Shown here piece by piece: positions 17,493 to 27,246 of a DNA stretch of 54,545 nucleotides. Numbering within the stretch: position 1 is the stretch's first letter; every line of letters starts with the position of its first letter. The notes beneath the pieces were generated by a model. That model searched no databases. It saw nothing but the letters and a program-made list of their open reading frames with translations, and was not told the DNA's origin. Origin of the DNA: a virus (taxonomy: Duplodnaviria > Caudoviricetes); IMG/VR virus record IMGVR_UViG_3300014508_000071, positions 1 through 54,545 of that record. One strand, given 5' to 3'. The position numbers were made by a program, and so were the translations under genes.

Positions 17493-17900
17493 ATGAAAAA
17501 AGTGTTTAAATTAGGTTTAGATTTACATGGCGTTTCGGATAGAGCAACTGATTTTTTCTCTCTGATCACAAAACTTCTTGTGGATAATGGTCACGAGGTT
17601 CACCTTATGACTGGCTCACATAAAGGAGAGAGATTAGATCAGCAGCTTGAAGCCGCTGGCGTAACCTATACGCATCTTTTTTCAATCTCAGATTTCTTGT
17701 ACAAGAGCGGAAACCCTGTTCGATATGACGAGAATAACAATCCTTGGTTTTCTGATGAAGAGTGGAACGAAGCCAAGTCTATCTATGCTAAACAAAAAAA
17801 GCTAGACCTTTCATTTGATGATACAGAAGTATATGGAGACTATTTCGAGTTTCCGTTTGCCTTTATAAAAATTGACATGAAAGATGAAAAAGATACTTGA
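17493..17900 (+). CDS. HAD-like hypothetical protein
   Basis: LGLDLHGV, LMTG, K, FDD; start moved after TATCTTTG. Confidence 0.6.
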   Translation: MKKVFKLGLDLHGVSDRATDFFSLITKLLVDNGHEVHLMTGSHKGERLDQQLEAAGVTYTHLFSISDFLYKSGNPVRYDENNNPWFSDEEWNEAKSIYAKQKKLDLSFDDTEVYGDYFEFPFAFIKIDMKDEKDT

Positions 17901-17930
17901 TTTTCTCTTTCTTTGTATCTATTTTAGAAT

Positions 17931-18629
17931 ATGAAGAAAGAGATCATTAAGAACCTACTAGAGGATTTGTATACAATCTACAATCCTGACCATTTAATAT
18001 ACATTGATCAACTGGTTGACAAATACCACCAAATGCCTACCGAAGCAATTGAGATGGTTCTAATCCGATACAACCACCCCAATTTTGATCACTACGATGA
18101 AGATAAAGCTACGCCAGAGTATATTGAACAATTGATTCAAGATTATGCTGTTGGAAACAGAACTCTTCAAGGATTAGACATTCTGTCTGATTCCGTAAAC
18201 AAGAGACAAGCGGAAGAAAAGAACAAAAGAATTCAAGAGGAAGAATCTCAAAAAGCTATTTCCGAAAAAGAAGAATCTGCTAGAAGAGAAATTCAAGAAG
18301 AGAAAGAGAAGCTCCAAAAAGAACTTGATGAAGTCAAGAAGATTAAAGAAGAGATTTCTAAATTTAAAGAAGAGGAGCCTAAAATTGTTGAAGTAGAGAA
18401 AAGCTGGGAGAATGATCTTGATGTTTCAATTCATCTCAACTATAAGGAAGAAGAGGTTATACTTCCCAACTCTAAGTTCCTATCTAAATTGGGTATCGGA
18501 GCTAGAATAGTTACCACAACAAAAAGTGGCAAAGTAGTCGGTTTATCAATCAAAGATATCGTGTTTGATAACACAACTGTTGATATCATCGGCAAGCCAA
18601 GTGTTATGATTTTTATTGATAAGGAATGA
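17931..18629 (+). CDS. coiled-coil hypothetical protein
   Basis: E/K-rich central helix. Confidence 0.7.
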   Translation: MKKEIIKNLLEDLYTIYNPDHLIYIDQLVDKYHQMPTEAIEMVLIRYNHPNFDHYDEDKATPEYIEQLIQDYAVGNRTLQGLDILSDSVNKRQAEEKNKRIQEEESQKAISEKEESARREIQEEKEKLQKELDEVKKIKEEISKFKEEEPKIVEVEKSWENDLDVSIHLNYKEEEVILPNSKFLSKLGIGARIVTTTKSGKVVGLSIKDIVFDNTTVDIIGKPSVMIFIDKE

Positions 18630-19258
18630 AAGGTTTAATAACAAAAGTAAAAAATCCCAAAAGAAAGAACATTGTTCTCTACTATCAAGAAGAACTGGAT
18701 AGAAATCTCAAGCTCTTTCAAATAGAGTGGGAACCCATGAGCGAATCTCAAATAAATTACATAGAACGTACCGAGAAGAATGTTTATTACGCACCCTATG
18801 TTTTAGGATATGCAGAACATCTTACTCCAGAAGAAAAGATTAAATTAGAGAAAATAATTGCAAGCGATAGGAAAAAAGCAATTAAAGAAATAAAAGATGC
18901 ACAGAAGGAGCAAGAAGCAATGATTAATGCTGTGGAAGCACTAGGCTCTAAAGAAGATAAAAAGCCTGTTAAACGAGCTAAAAAACCTGTTCTCGCACCG
19001 AAAGAGACTCCTGTTAAAGAAGTCGTTCCCACTAAAAAGCCAGTTGTTAAGAAAACAGCAACGAAGACACTTATTAAGAAGGTTCCAGCGAAAACGTCAG
19101 TCAAGAAAACTCCTGTTAAAAAAACACCTGCAAAACCAGTAGCTAAAAAACCTGTAGTGAAAACTCCTGTTAAAAAAACGGCAACAAAAAAGCCACCAGT
19201 TAAAAAACCAGCAGCTAAGAAGCCTGTTGTCAGAAAAAAAGTGGTTAAGAAAAAATAG
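18626..19258 (+). CDS. protein with histone H1-like Lys/Pro/Ala/Val-rich tail
   Basis: repeated KKPVVK/KTPVKK/PAKK units in the C-terminal half. Confidence 0.75.
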   Translation: MKGLITKVKNPKRKNIVLYYQEELDRNLKLFQIEWEPMSESQINYIERTEKNVYYAPYVLGYAEHLTPEEKIKLEKIIASDRKKAIKEIKDAQKEQEAMINAVEALGSKEDKKPVKRAKKPVLAPKETPVKEVVPTKKPVVKKTATKTLIKKVPAKTSVKKTPVKKTPAKPVAKKPVVKTPVKKTATKKPPVKKPAAKKPVVRKKVVKKK

Positions 19259-19748
19259 TTTCTCTAAGAAACTTTATTTTTAAATTATAGCAATCATCTT
19301 TAAAAGTCCATTTCCCATTTCCGTCTGGGTCAACCTGCCCTTTCTCTCCAAATATTGCTTGCTTGAAGAAATCAGTTTTTTTCTTATAACCTAAAATATA
19401 AGCTTTCTTCTTATCTTCCGTGATTCGAACAAAAACATAAAAGTTACAATCTTGGGTTGTATTAAAAGCAGAGATTGAACAATTGTATTCCTTGCTAGGT
19501 TTAACTGTGGTTCTTTTGGTTTTAACATCCACTTTATCCCCATCAATGATTAAGTCGTAATCATAATTGTTAATAAACTCACACTCATAGTGTTTAGTGT
19601 AGATATCATGAACGATGATCTCACCTAAAGCTCCATAGATATTCCCTTTTCCTTTTGTAATAGACCCTCTCAACGAAACATCCTGAAGGACTCCGTAGTG
19701 TTTTTCTGCACGTTCTATTTGTTCTTTTGTAATTTCAATTGTCAACAT
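19245..19748 (-). CDS. PD-(D/E)XK nuclease-like protein
   Basis: GALGE...YDYDL...KVDVKTK. Confidence 0.65.
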   Translation of the reverse strand: MLTIEITKEQIERAEKHYGVLQDVSLRGSITKGKGNIYGALGEIIVHDIYTKHYECEFINNYDYDLIIDGDKVDVKTKRTTVKPSKEYNCSISAFNTTQDCNFYVFVRITEDKKKAYILGYKKKTDFFKQAIFGEKGQVDPDGNGKWTFKDDCYNLKIKFLRETIFS

Positions 19749-19770
19749 TTATTATTAGTCATTTTAGTTT

Positions 19771-21150
19771 TTAAACCTCTTGTTCACTCATTTCTGGAAC
19801 TTGATAAGCAATTTTTTTTGATAAATCCCAATTGGTCTTAATAAAGTTTATTACATCTTCTGGATCAACATATTTGTAAAAAGCAATATTTGGCCCGTGA
19901 TTCTCCAAATGAACAACCCAAACCCCATCAAAAATTTCTTTCATTCCTAAAAGACAATTTAGAGAACACTCGTTTGATCCACACTCAAACGAAAACTGCT
20001 CTCGTACTGGAATGGAATCAGAAAAATCTTCCGATGGTGGACAGTGAAAATGAATAATTGAATGAACCTTATCTCCTAGCTCATTGTAGATCATTTGCTG
20101 TGTATGCTCTCCAACAGATGCCTTTCCACCCATCACTGCAATGTCGCCATCAGAAGCAATAAATATCTTTGACATTCCTTCCGATAATACGTTGTTATGA
20201 TTAACCTTTCTTACAGAAGATATTCTTTGATAAGGTTTATTTTGAACCACACAACCAAAATGACCAGCAGTCCTTCCTTTAAACTCCTTAAAAGCACCAT
20301 GCTTAATCAAGCCACCCAAAACAGGTATGAAGTTTTCTGGTATTAAATCCTCTTCATCTAATTTTAGAGGATCAGCTTTTACACCATCAATCAAGGTTGT
20401 CCTGTTAAAGGTTAGATTTAGACGATTCAAAATCATCTCACACAACCCTTCAATAGCCTGTCCTCGATCATCGTACTTATATGGATACTCTTCTGGAGTG
20501 ATAACCATATTTTCCTTTCTAACTATATCATTGGCAAATACTAAGTTAGAGCTAGTTCTTTTTAATTGAGCTAAACCTTTTTGATAAGTCTCAGAGAAAG
20601 GGATGTCAGCCGTAGCTTTAAATGACACCAAAAATATATCCTTTCTTTCGTTTCTGATTGAGTCAATTATTTTTTCGTCAGAAGCCAAATGTAAGCTCAC
20701 ATGCAAAGAAGAATCGAATCTCTTTTTGAAATAACCGTCCGCAGATATTTCAGACCAAAGAATCTTGTTTATGTATGGATCAGGATCAACAAAATCAACA
20801 GAGTCTGCAACGAAATCTGTAACAGCCGAAGCCATAACGATACACCTTGTGCTTTCTTCTTTCTTAAGATAATCAACCACCTTCCGAAGGTCATCATTGC
20901 TCTCAATCCAGTTAACTCCAGCTTTTTTACAGACCTCAGCGTACTTTAATTGAAGACCAGTTCCTTCGTAAGACATGAAAGAACTAAAAGCCATTGCGGT
21001 AGGCATTAAAATAACTTCGTACTCATCTTGATCAACTAAGTGTCGATACATGTCAACCCCCACAGTACCGTAAGCTGGTGCGCATAAAGCAAAATGTGGC
21101 GCTACTTTATTAATTGTTCCTCCGCAGAATATGTATATTTTCTTTTTCAT
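19771..21150 (-). CDS. CoaB-like domain fused to a class II aldolase-like domain
   Basis: MASAVTDF, LVSFKAT, NLVFANDI (CoaB/DFP); C-terminal EH...IIHFHC...LENHG. Confidence 0.65.
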   Translation of the reverse strand: MKKKIYIFCGGTINKVAPHFALCAPAYGTVGVDMYRHLVDQDEYEVILMPTAMAFSSFMSYEGTGLQLKYAEVCKKAGVNWIESNDDLRKVVDYLKKEESTRCIVMASAVTDFVADSVDFVDPDPYINKILWSEISADGYFKKRFDSSLHVSLHLASDEKIIDSIRNERKDIFLVSFKATADIPFSETYQKGLAQLKRTSSNLVFANDIVRKENMVITPEEYPYKYDDRGQAIEGLCEMILNRLNLTFNRTTLIDGVKADPLKLDEEDLIPENFIPVLGGLIKHGAFKEFKGRTAGHFGCVVQNKPYQRISSVRKVNHNNVLSEGMSKIFIASDGDIAVMGGKASVGEHTQQMIYNELGDKVHSIIHFHCPPSEDFSDSIPVREQFSFECGSNECSLNCLLGMKEIFDGVWVVHLENHGPNIAFYKYVDPEDVINFIKTNWDLSKKIAYQVPEMSEQEV

Positions 21151-21506
21151 TTCGTTATAATATCAAAACTAATAATTTCTAAATCATCTTGGATAACCCC
21201 TTCATTAACGCTTCCGATAGCTCTCATTCCGATATCAAAATCAAAATCTTTTAACTCTTTCATTTCTTCAACATCACTTACTAAAGGGAACAAGACATCT
21301 CTTATGAATTCAAAATCTTCTCGTTCAGGATGTCTTTCTTTCGATTTCTCAATAAACTCCTCTGATTTTTTAGAAGTATCAGAGTTGTAAACCTCCAAAA
21401 AGTCTTTAACTTCAAACTCTTCTTTTCTATTTGCATAAACGTAAGTCTTCAACTCATCCTGTACTTTGTTTGCAACTAGCTCTAAATCCTCTAAATCCTT
21501 TACCAT
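21147..21506 (-). CDS. acidic hypothetical protein
   Basis: start moved to MVKDLE after TATCTTTG at 21511-21518. Confidence 0.65.
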   Translation of the reverse strand: MVKDLEDLELVANKVQDELKTYVYANRKEEFEVKDFLEVYNSDTSKKSEEFIEKSKERHPEREDFEFIRDVLFPLVSDVEEMKELKDFDFDIGMRAIGSVNEGVIQDDLEIISFDIITK

Positions 21507-21526
21507 AAAACAAAGATAAAAAAAAA

Positions 21527-21685
21527 TTATATCACCGCATAGAGATATATCAAAAGAAGTATCGTGACTACGAATGCATCCAAGTAACCTTGCTTGTTGG
21601 CGCTCTTTATAGAGCATGCCGCATGGTCTCCATCGAAAGTGGGGACTCCACAGAATTTACAATATCCTTTAGCTATCTTTTTCAT
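21527..21685 (-). CDS. 52-aa CxxC/H/C protein with C-terminal TM anchor
   Basis: manual ORF MKKIAKGYCKFCGVPTFDGDHAACSIKSANKQGYLDAFVVTILLLIYLYAVI*. Confidence 0.65.
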   Translation of the reverse strand: MKKIAKGYCKFCGVPTFDGDHAACSIKSANKQGYLDAFVVTILLLIYLYAVI

Positions 21686-21733
21686 CTTTTTAATAAATAA
21701 ACTTTGATTTTGGAAAAAGCAACTATATATTGT

Positions 21734-21752
21734 TGTATTACGAATGTATTAC
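21734..21752 (+). promoter_or_regulatory. tandem TGTATTAC repeats, candidate operator
   Basis: two exact 8-mers 11 bp apart just upstream of 21776. Confidence 0.5.
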
Positions 21753-21775
21753 ACAATAAATAAAATTATTAAACT

Positions 21776-23353
21776 ATGAAAAGCAGCCCGACAAATGGAA
21801 AGTCACTATTGAAAGATGGATGGCAAGTGGAGGAAATTAACGGAAGAAAAATGCTTGCAATTTACGAAAGTGGAGAGAGGATACAACTTCACGATCTAAA
21901 CGATTTTTCTGAAACTCTTTCAGCGGAGTTAGAAACGAAAGCTGGGTTAATAGATGGAGAAAAGCATTTGGAAAGTTTTCCAAATTTCTTGTATCAAGTG
22001 GATTTCAGCGAATTTATCTCGGAAGATCAGACTTCCTATAAATTCAATGATCCTGTTATAAGAACTATGCTGGATTCGTTTTCTACAGAAAAATTCTTGC
22101 TCATTGTCAAATCAAGGCAAGTATATATGACGACTGTTCTTTGCTTATATTCTATTTGGAAGGCTGCGGTTCATGGTGATAAAATTGTCTATCTAGCGCT
22201 GAATCAAGATAACGCTAATAGAGTAAAAGAGAGGATGGATCATATTATGAATTCACCTTCTGTTCTTAAACTACTATCTCTTAGAAAATCAGGCAGATTA
22301 AATGGAGATAAATTCCATTTCGCATCTGAAGGTACTATTAAGGTTATTTCTCCTTCTCCTCGAAAAGCAAAAGGAGAAAGTATTGATCTATTAATATGGG
22401 ATGAGTCTGGCTTTACAGCCGATAGTTTTGAAGTGGCTGAGGCTGTACTTCCACAAGTTTCTTTTAGTAAGAAGGGTCAGATTATTATGGCTTCAACTCC
22501 TAATGAAAAAAATGGAATGTTCTATAAAGCTTACGCCTCAAGTAAGATATCAGAAAAAAACAGTAATTTCAAAGTAAACATTATAGACAAGGCAGTTGCT
22601 AGAAACTATAAATTTAGAAAAGAAGATATTATTCTTAAATTTAAAATCCCAGCTCTCTCAGATATCTCAAAATATAAAGTTGTTGCTCTTGACGACATAT
22701 ATTTTAGAGATGAGAAAGTTGTGGATAAATTTTCAACCATAACAATCAACCAGAAATACCGAGACAACATTCAAGCTGACTCTGAAACAGTTGACTTGCT
22801 GGTTTCTATAAAGATGCCATCACAGGAATCAAACCCTCTTATGGTCAACAGTGGATTCAATTATGATGTCACTAAGTACGGAATTGATTTTGCTCTAGTG
22901 GAGTTAGATTTTGCCCAAGACAGCAAAGCAAAGATTATTGAAATTCCTTTCCATCAAATTAAAAACAATGCACTGGAAAGTCAAATGATAAGGAAGACTC
23001 ACCCAGCCTTAGATGACTTATCTAAAGAAGCTAGAGCTTTGGAGGATTTATTTTCTCCAGATAAGATTTCTGAGAAAGATGGATACAAAAAATTACCTAA
23101 CGGAAAAGTTATATTTGACATGACTCGCTTTCCTAGATATAGCAACCCACATCAAATTCATTGTGAATTAAATTGTGAATTTAGAAAGATTCCTCTCAAG
23201 ATTTCAAATGAAAATAAAACTATTTCCATGAGAATGAGTGGGGAAATGTTAGACAAGATCAACGAAAAGATCGATGAAATGTCAATTTTGACAAAGCGAG
23301 ACATTAGCCTATCGGATTACCTTCGAGGTTTAATTAAAAAAGATTTGGATTAA
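21776..23353 (+). CDS. terminase large subunit-like ATPase fused to C-terminal ribbon-helix-helix domain
   Basis: KSRQVYMTT, LLIWDE, MASTPN, CELNCEF; tail ISMRMSGEMLDKI...SLSDYLRGLIKKDL; no RNase H-like nuclease domain seen. Confidence 0.7.
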   Translation: MKSSPTNGKSLLKDGWQVEEINGRKMLAIYESGERIQLHDLNDFSETLSAELETKAGLIDGEKHLESFPNFLYQVDFSEFISEDQTSYKFNDPVIRTMLDSFSTEKFLLIVKSRQVYMTTVLCLYSIWKAAVHGDKIVYLALNQDNANRVKERMDHIMNSPSVLKLLSLRKSGRLNGDKFHFASEGTIKVISPSPRKAKGESIDLLIWDESGFTADSFEVAEAVLPQVSFSKKGQIIMASTPNEKNGMFYKAYASSKISEKNSNFKVNIIDKAVARNYKFRKEDIILKFKIPALSDISKYKVVALDDIYFRDEKVVDKFSTITINQKYRDNIQADSETVDLLVSIKMPSQESNPLMVNSGFNYDVTKYGIDFALVELDFAQDSKAKIIEIPFHQIKNNALESQMIRKTHPALDDLSKEARALEDLFSPDKISEKDGYKKLPNGKVIFDMTRFPRYSNPHQIHCELNCEFRKIPLKISNENKTISMRMSGEMLDKINEKIDEMSILTKRDISLSDYLRGLIKKDLD

Positions 23354-23402
23354 AATAAATATTTACCTATATTTACTGAAACAAATTTAAAAAACTAATA
23401 GA

Positions 23403-23894
23403 ATGTGTTGGATACTAATTGCAATTGCCGTTATCGCTTTAATCTGGGGAGTTAAGAAGAACTCTAAAGCAAAAGAAGCTAACGAAACCCTAGACTCAAC
23501 TTTGAGTAGTCTTGAGGGATTAAGAAAAGAAAATGCTCAAATAAGACTTGAGCTTGGAGAGGCTAAAGAGTCTGTTAAGGTGAAAGACCAACAAATTTCT
23601 CGTCTTGAAAAAGAGATTGAAGCTTGTGGGTGTAGAAAAGTTAAGCCGCTAGTTGTCACTAAAGAAGGTGGTCTAGAGGATAGTGAAGCTGCACAAAGAA
23701 CTGGAAGAATGCCGTTCTTCAATGTGTTTATTGGAGAAGATGGTCACTACCGTTGGAATTTTAAAGCAAAGAATAACAAGATCGTTGCTGATTCTGGAGA
23801 AGGGTATACAACCAAGCAAAATGTTGAAAAAGGCTTGAACACCTTGATTGATTCGATTAAGAATGAAGATTACAAGATCAAGTTCACAAAGTAA
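23403..23894 (+). CDS. membrane-anchored coiled-coil protein with YegP/DUF1508 domain
   Basis: N-terminal TM; YRWNFKAKNNKIVADSGEGYTTKQNVEKGL. Confidence 0.75.
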   Translation: MCWILIAIAVIALIWGVKKNSKAKEANETLDSTLSSLEGLRKENAQIRLELGEAKESVKVKDQQISRLEKEIEACGCRKVKPLVVTKEGGLEDSEAAQRTGRMPFFNVFIGEDGHYRWNFKAKNNKIVADSGEGYTTKQNVEKGLNTLIDSIKNEDYKIKFTK

Positions 23895-23912
23895 GAAATT
23901 ACACTGCAAAAG

Positions 23913-23938
23913 AAAAGGAGCCATTGGCTCCTTTTTTT
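23913..23938. terminator. bidirectional intrinsic terminator
   Basis: AAAAGGAGCC-ATT-GGCTCCTTTTTTT between convergent genes. Confidence 0.85.
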
Positions 23939-23960
23939 GTGTCTTATACTTTTTTGTCTT

Positions 23961-24893
23961 TTACAATTGGATGAGATCAAACTTTCTAGCTTTGTTTCCT
24001 CCTTTAATAACAGACATTCCTTGTTGAACAATTTCTTGATACTCCTGAATATGTTCGATCATCGGAGCGACTTTGTTTGCCATTGCTACGGACTGTAAGT
24101 CAAAATAGTGAACATGACTCATTAAAGGTGTTACTCGATATCCGTTATTCATTCCAATTTTACCAACAATGCCCAGCATAATACTTTCAATTAAAAGGCT
24201 TCTCTCATGAAATCCTTGACCAGCAATAAAATCATAACAGTGTTTCATGTAATGGAATTCTGCATCATTTTGAGAGAAATGGCTTACTCCCAAGTACCCT
24301 TTATATTGAGTTAAGGTCGAAATGTTTTCCATTGCTGAATTAAAGGATACTCCTTTTTCAATTCCAAAAGTAACCAGAAGCTTCTCTACGCCCTCTACGT
24401 ACTTCGCTGCCGAGAGATTCATAGTAGAGTGAAGCATGTCGCCACAGCCCTCCTCATCACCTTTCATAAGCGTTCTCATACCAAACCCACAGAACAATAT
24501 TGTGTCTGCACCAGTTTTCTCAATTATCTTCTCATAACATTCAGTCATAGAAGCGACTGATTGCTTCATAATAAGATAGAAAGGAACTTGTTCTTGATAA
24601 GTTTCCTCAAACCACCTTGAAGCCATCCCAGAAGGATAATGCTCCAAAGCTACTTTCATATTAGAGCCAACCATGAACAACCTATCCTTTAATAGGACTT
24701 GAGCTTCAGTTACTTCTGCTAACTCTTCTAACTGAAGGTTACTGAAGTTAACCATAGTTAACTCTTTGCCTTCAGCAGCTAATTTGTAATATAGAGGAAG
24801 GCAAGAGAGAATGTCAAAGTCTCCACCTGCACCAACCAAAAGAACCTTTTGTGAGTTGGCTATACGATCCTCAAAATCTTTTGAAAAATTCAT
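23961..24893 (-). CDS. DUF1152-like protein
   Basis: LLVGAGGDFDI and KGDEEGCG resemble the family; degenerate. Confidence 0.55.
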   Translation of the reverse strand: MNFSKDFEDRIANSQKVLLVGAGGDFDILSCLPLYYKLAAEGKELTMVNFSNLQLEELAEVTEAQVLLKDRLFMVGSNMKVALEHYPSGMASRWFEETYQEQVPFYLIMKQSVASMTECYEKIIEKTGADTILFCGFGMRTLMKGDEEGCGDMLHSTMNLSAAKYVEGVEKLLVTFGIEKGVSFNSAMENISTLTQYKGYLGVSHFSQNDAEFHYMKHCYDFIAGQGFHERSLLIESIMLGIVGKIGMNNGYRVTPLMSHVHYFDLQSVAMANKVAPMIEHIQEYQEIVQQGMSVIKGGNKARKFDLIQL

Positions 24894-24897
24894 AGTC

Positions 24898-25440
24898 TTA
24901 ATTTTTAATTTTTAGAAATCTATCTTGCTTGAATTCATCCATGATAACATCCTCTCGGACAGCATCAAGAACTTCTCCTAACCAGTTAGTTCCTTTCCAG
25001 TTTTTCTCCCCCACTCTCCTAGCTTCTTTCTCGGATAACCCGATTCCCCAGACTTCATCATTTGGGGCTGCTTCAACTAATCTAGTGCCTGATGTAGAGA
25101 TAAGCTGTTGCTTTAAGTCAAGGTTTTGTGTAAATTTATAATAGTTTCCTTGATAAACAATGTTCCTAGCATTTGCATCCCAAACAGGCTTACTAAATCC
25201 TTTAACGGCTCTTCCGACACTTTTAGCATCTCTAGGATGGTTTGCTTCGATTGCTTTCTGCATATGCTTTTCATCACCAAACAACTTAGCCTTGCCGTGC
25301 ATCATCCAATGTTCAGCAGTTTTAAACTCAATTCCATCCACAACAAAACCTCTGTCATGCCATTGAGAAAAAGGGCTTGCACTCTTCCAAAAATATGTGA
25401 AATTCTTAATTTTCATTTTTTGCTTGTGTAATCTGATCAA
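24898..25440 (-). CDS. NADAR (YbiA-like) protein
   Basis: FSQW, TAEHWMM..KAKLFGD, KFTQN, LVEAAPNDEVWGIG, GTNWLG; true start may be MKIKNF. Confidence 0.9.
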   Translation of the reverse strand: MIRLHKQKMKIKNFTYFWKSASPFSQWHDRGFVVDGIEFKTAEHWMMHGKAKLFGDEKHMQKAIEANHPRDAKSVGRAVKGFSKPVWDANARNIVYQGNYYKFTQNLDLKQQLISTSGTRLVEAAPNDEVWGIGLSEKEARRVGEKNWKGTNWLGEVLDAVREDVIMDEFKQDRFLKIKN

Positions 25441-25762
25441 AATACCATGTCATACCATTAAATCCACTTTCGTACATTTCATTAATAGGCTTTCCTAGCA
25501 TTTGAGAGGTTATATAAATTTCTCCTTCTGCGTTAATCACTGTAACATTAACTTTTGCTTCTTCTGGAAGGAGACCTTCTCCTTCATGATTAATTTGTTT
25601 AACCATTTCATTAAATACTTCTTCAATAGGAAGTATGTCATGATCCTTTGCTATGTTAATCATTTTACCCTCAAGTACAGCGGTAGATGAAATTCCCAAC
25701 TCCTCTTCAGTAATTAGTATTTCAACCTTATCTTCATTCGGTATTTTTAAATTCTCGTCCAT
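25406..25762 (-). CDS. hypothetical protein
   Basis: 118-aa ORF. Confidence 0.6.
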   Translation of the reverse strand: MDENLKIPNEDKVEILITEEELGISSTAVLEGKMINIAKDHDILPIEEVFNEMVKQINHEGEGLLPEEAKVNVTVINAEGEIYITSQMLGKPINEMYESGFNGMTWYFDQITQAKNEN

Positions 25763-26487
25763 TTCTCAATTTGTTTACAAGAACCATCGTCAAATAAATC
25801 AAAAACCAGAGGTTTATGTACTGGTCTATAATTGTCATCTAAGTTCGATGCGTTAATATAGGTAATTCCCCCAGAAATGTCAACACCTCTGCTTGTATGT
25901 ATGTGACCAAACACATGCATTTTCAATTGCTTTAGACTAAAGCTTCTTATCTTTAGATCAGCACAACCAGTGCTGTTTCCTTTAGGGTTAACATCTAAAT
26001 GACCCAACGGAGGACAGTGAGTTATCAATAACTCTACGTCATCTGGAATCAAATCCCAGCAAGCCTCTAAAGGCTTTCCTCTCCTAAGGTTAAAAGCCCA
26101 ATCAAAGAATTCAGGTTGGTACGGAGAACCATACATTTTGATTCCATTCACCACAGCTGACTCATTCTCTAGATAGATGACATTTTCAGGAACAACATCT
26201 CTTGGGTTAAGAGTAGTTATTCGATTAAATTTTCTACCTTTTTCATATTTAGTCTTAGCGGTAGGATCAAAGAAAATTTCGTGATTACCAGCAACAACAA
26301 CTTTGTTTGGGATTGGTAAAGCAGAATACCAATCAAAGAAATCGGTCACTTCATCCTCAAACCCAAGCATGGTAAAGTCCCCAGCATGAATTATTACGTC
26401 ACACTGGGGAATACCAAATCTTTCCTCAATAACCTTATGTTTATTATGAGTGTCAGATAAATATGCTATGGTTGCTATTTTTCTCAT
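25747..26487 (-). CDS. calcineurin-like metallophosphoesterase
   Basis: SDTH, HAGDF, AGNHE, ITHCPP, FGHIH. Confidence 0.9.
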   Translation of the reverse strand: MRKIATIAYLSDTHNKHKVIEERFGIPQCDVIIHAGDFTMLGFEDEVTDFFDWYSALPIPNKVVVAGNHEIFFDPTAKTKYEKGRKFNRITTLNPRDVVPENVIYLENESAVVNGIKMYGSPYQPEFFDWAFNLRRGKPLEACWDLIPDDVELLITHCPPLGHLDVNPKGNSTGCADLKIRSFSLKQLKMHVFGHIHTSRGVDISGGITYINASNLDDNYRPVHKPLVFDLFDDGSCKQIEKWTRI

Positions 26488-26651
26488 TGTATTTCCACAG
26501 ACCAACTTCCTTCTTTAACGATGTCGTCAGCCTCCATGTCCATTTCCATATACAACTCTAAGCCGTGTGCTATAATCTCATTTATAGTACCTTCATTTGG
26601 GTTGTGATTTTTACTTTTTTCGTACTTCACTTTAATTATTAACTCTTCCAT
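26484..26651 (-). CDS. small hypothetical protein (55 aa)
   Basis: manual ORF MEELIIKVKY...; fills the gap with an ATGA overlap. Confidence 0.55.
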   Translation of the reverse strand: MEELIIKVKYEKSKNHNPNEGTINEIIAHGLELYMEMDMEADDIVKEGSWSVEIQ

Positions 26652-26655
26652 CGTT

Positions 26656-27219
26656 TTAAATTATTTCGTCTACAACACCAAGAGCTAAAGCCTCAGATGA
26701 AGACATATACCAATCAATTTTCTTTTCATATATTTCCGTGAGCTTCTTCTTAGAAATTTTCGTCTTTTCAATCGTAATATCTTCAAGAATATCTTGTAAT
26801 CTCTTTGTTTCTTCCACTCTTTCTTCCATGTCTTTCACTTTACCAAAAGCTCCACTAGATACTTGATGATATAAAGGCGTGGCTCTTTTGTAAGCAAATC
26901 TCTTATGTCCTGATATCAGAAGAATAAATCCACAGCTCATTGCTGCACCTGTAACGTAAGTCCAAACAGGAGTGTCGGAGTTTTCAACTACTGACACCAA
27001 CCCCATACACTGGTAGACCATACCTCCGTATGAGTCAATCATGATCTCAATTGGCTTAGCTTTGTATTCCATATCGTATACAGGATATAGCTTTTCTAAA
27101 AGCCTATCGTCTCTGTTTATTTCAACAATTTTCTCCGTTAACGCTGCAACGGATTTTTGAGTAAACTGTTCTGTAAAAAACAATTTTCTTTCCATAGGTA
27201 ATGGTAATGTTTCTGCCAT
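26656..27219 (-). CDS. ClpP-like S14 protease (divergent)
   Basis: IDSYGG, GAAMSCG, LYHQ, DWYMSSSEALALGVVD. Confidence 0.85.
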   Translation of the reverse strand: MAETLPLPMERKLFFTEQFTQKSVAALTEKIVEINRDDRLLEKLYPVYDMEYKAKPIEIMIDSYGGMVYQCMGLVSVVENSDTPVWTYVTGAAMSCGFILLISGHKRFAYKRATPLYHQVSSGAFGKVKDMEERVEETKRLQDILEDITIEKTKISKKKLTEIYEKKIDWYMSSSEALALGVVDEII

Positions 27220-27246
27220 CTTTATTTGTTTTATATTAGTTTGTTT

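Noticed and set aside
18960-19250. Repetitive DNA (CCTGTTAAAAAA-like units), considered as CRISPR or tandem array
   Set aside because: The repeats are imperfect, in frame and encode the Lys/Pro-rich tail. I saw no repeat-spacer array or cas genes in the window.
21540-21660. GC-richer stretch with small hairpins, considered as a riboswitch or ncRNA
   Set aside because: Fully explained by an intact 52-codon ORF; no recognisable aptamer consensus.
21776-23353. Calling this the functional packaging terminase
   Set aside because: No nuclease domain is visible and there is no packaging-gene context.
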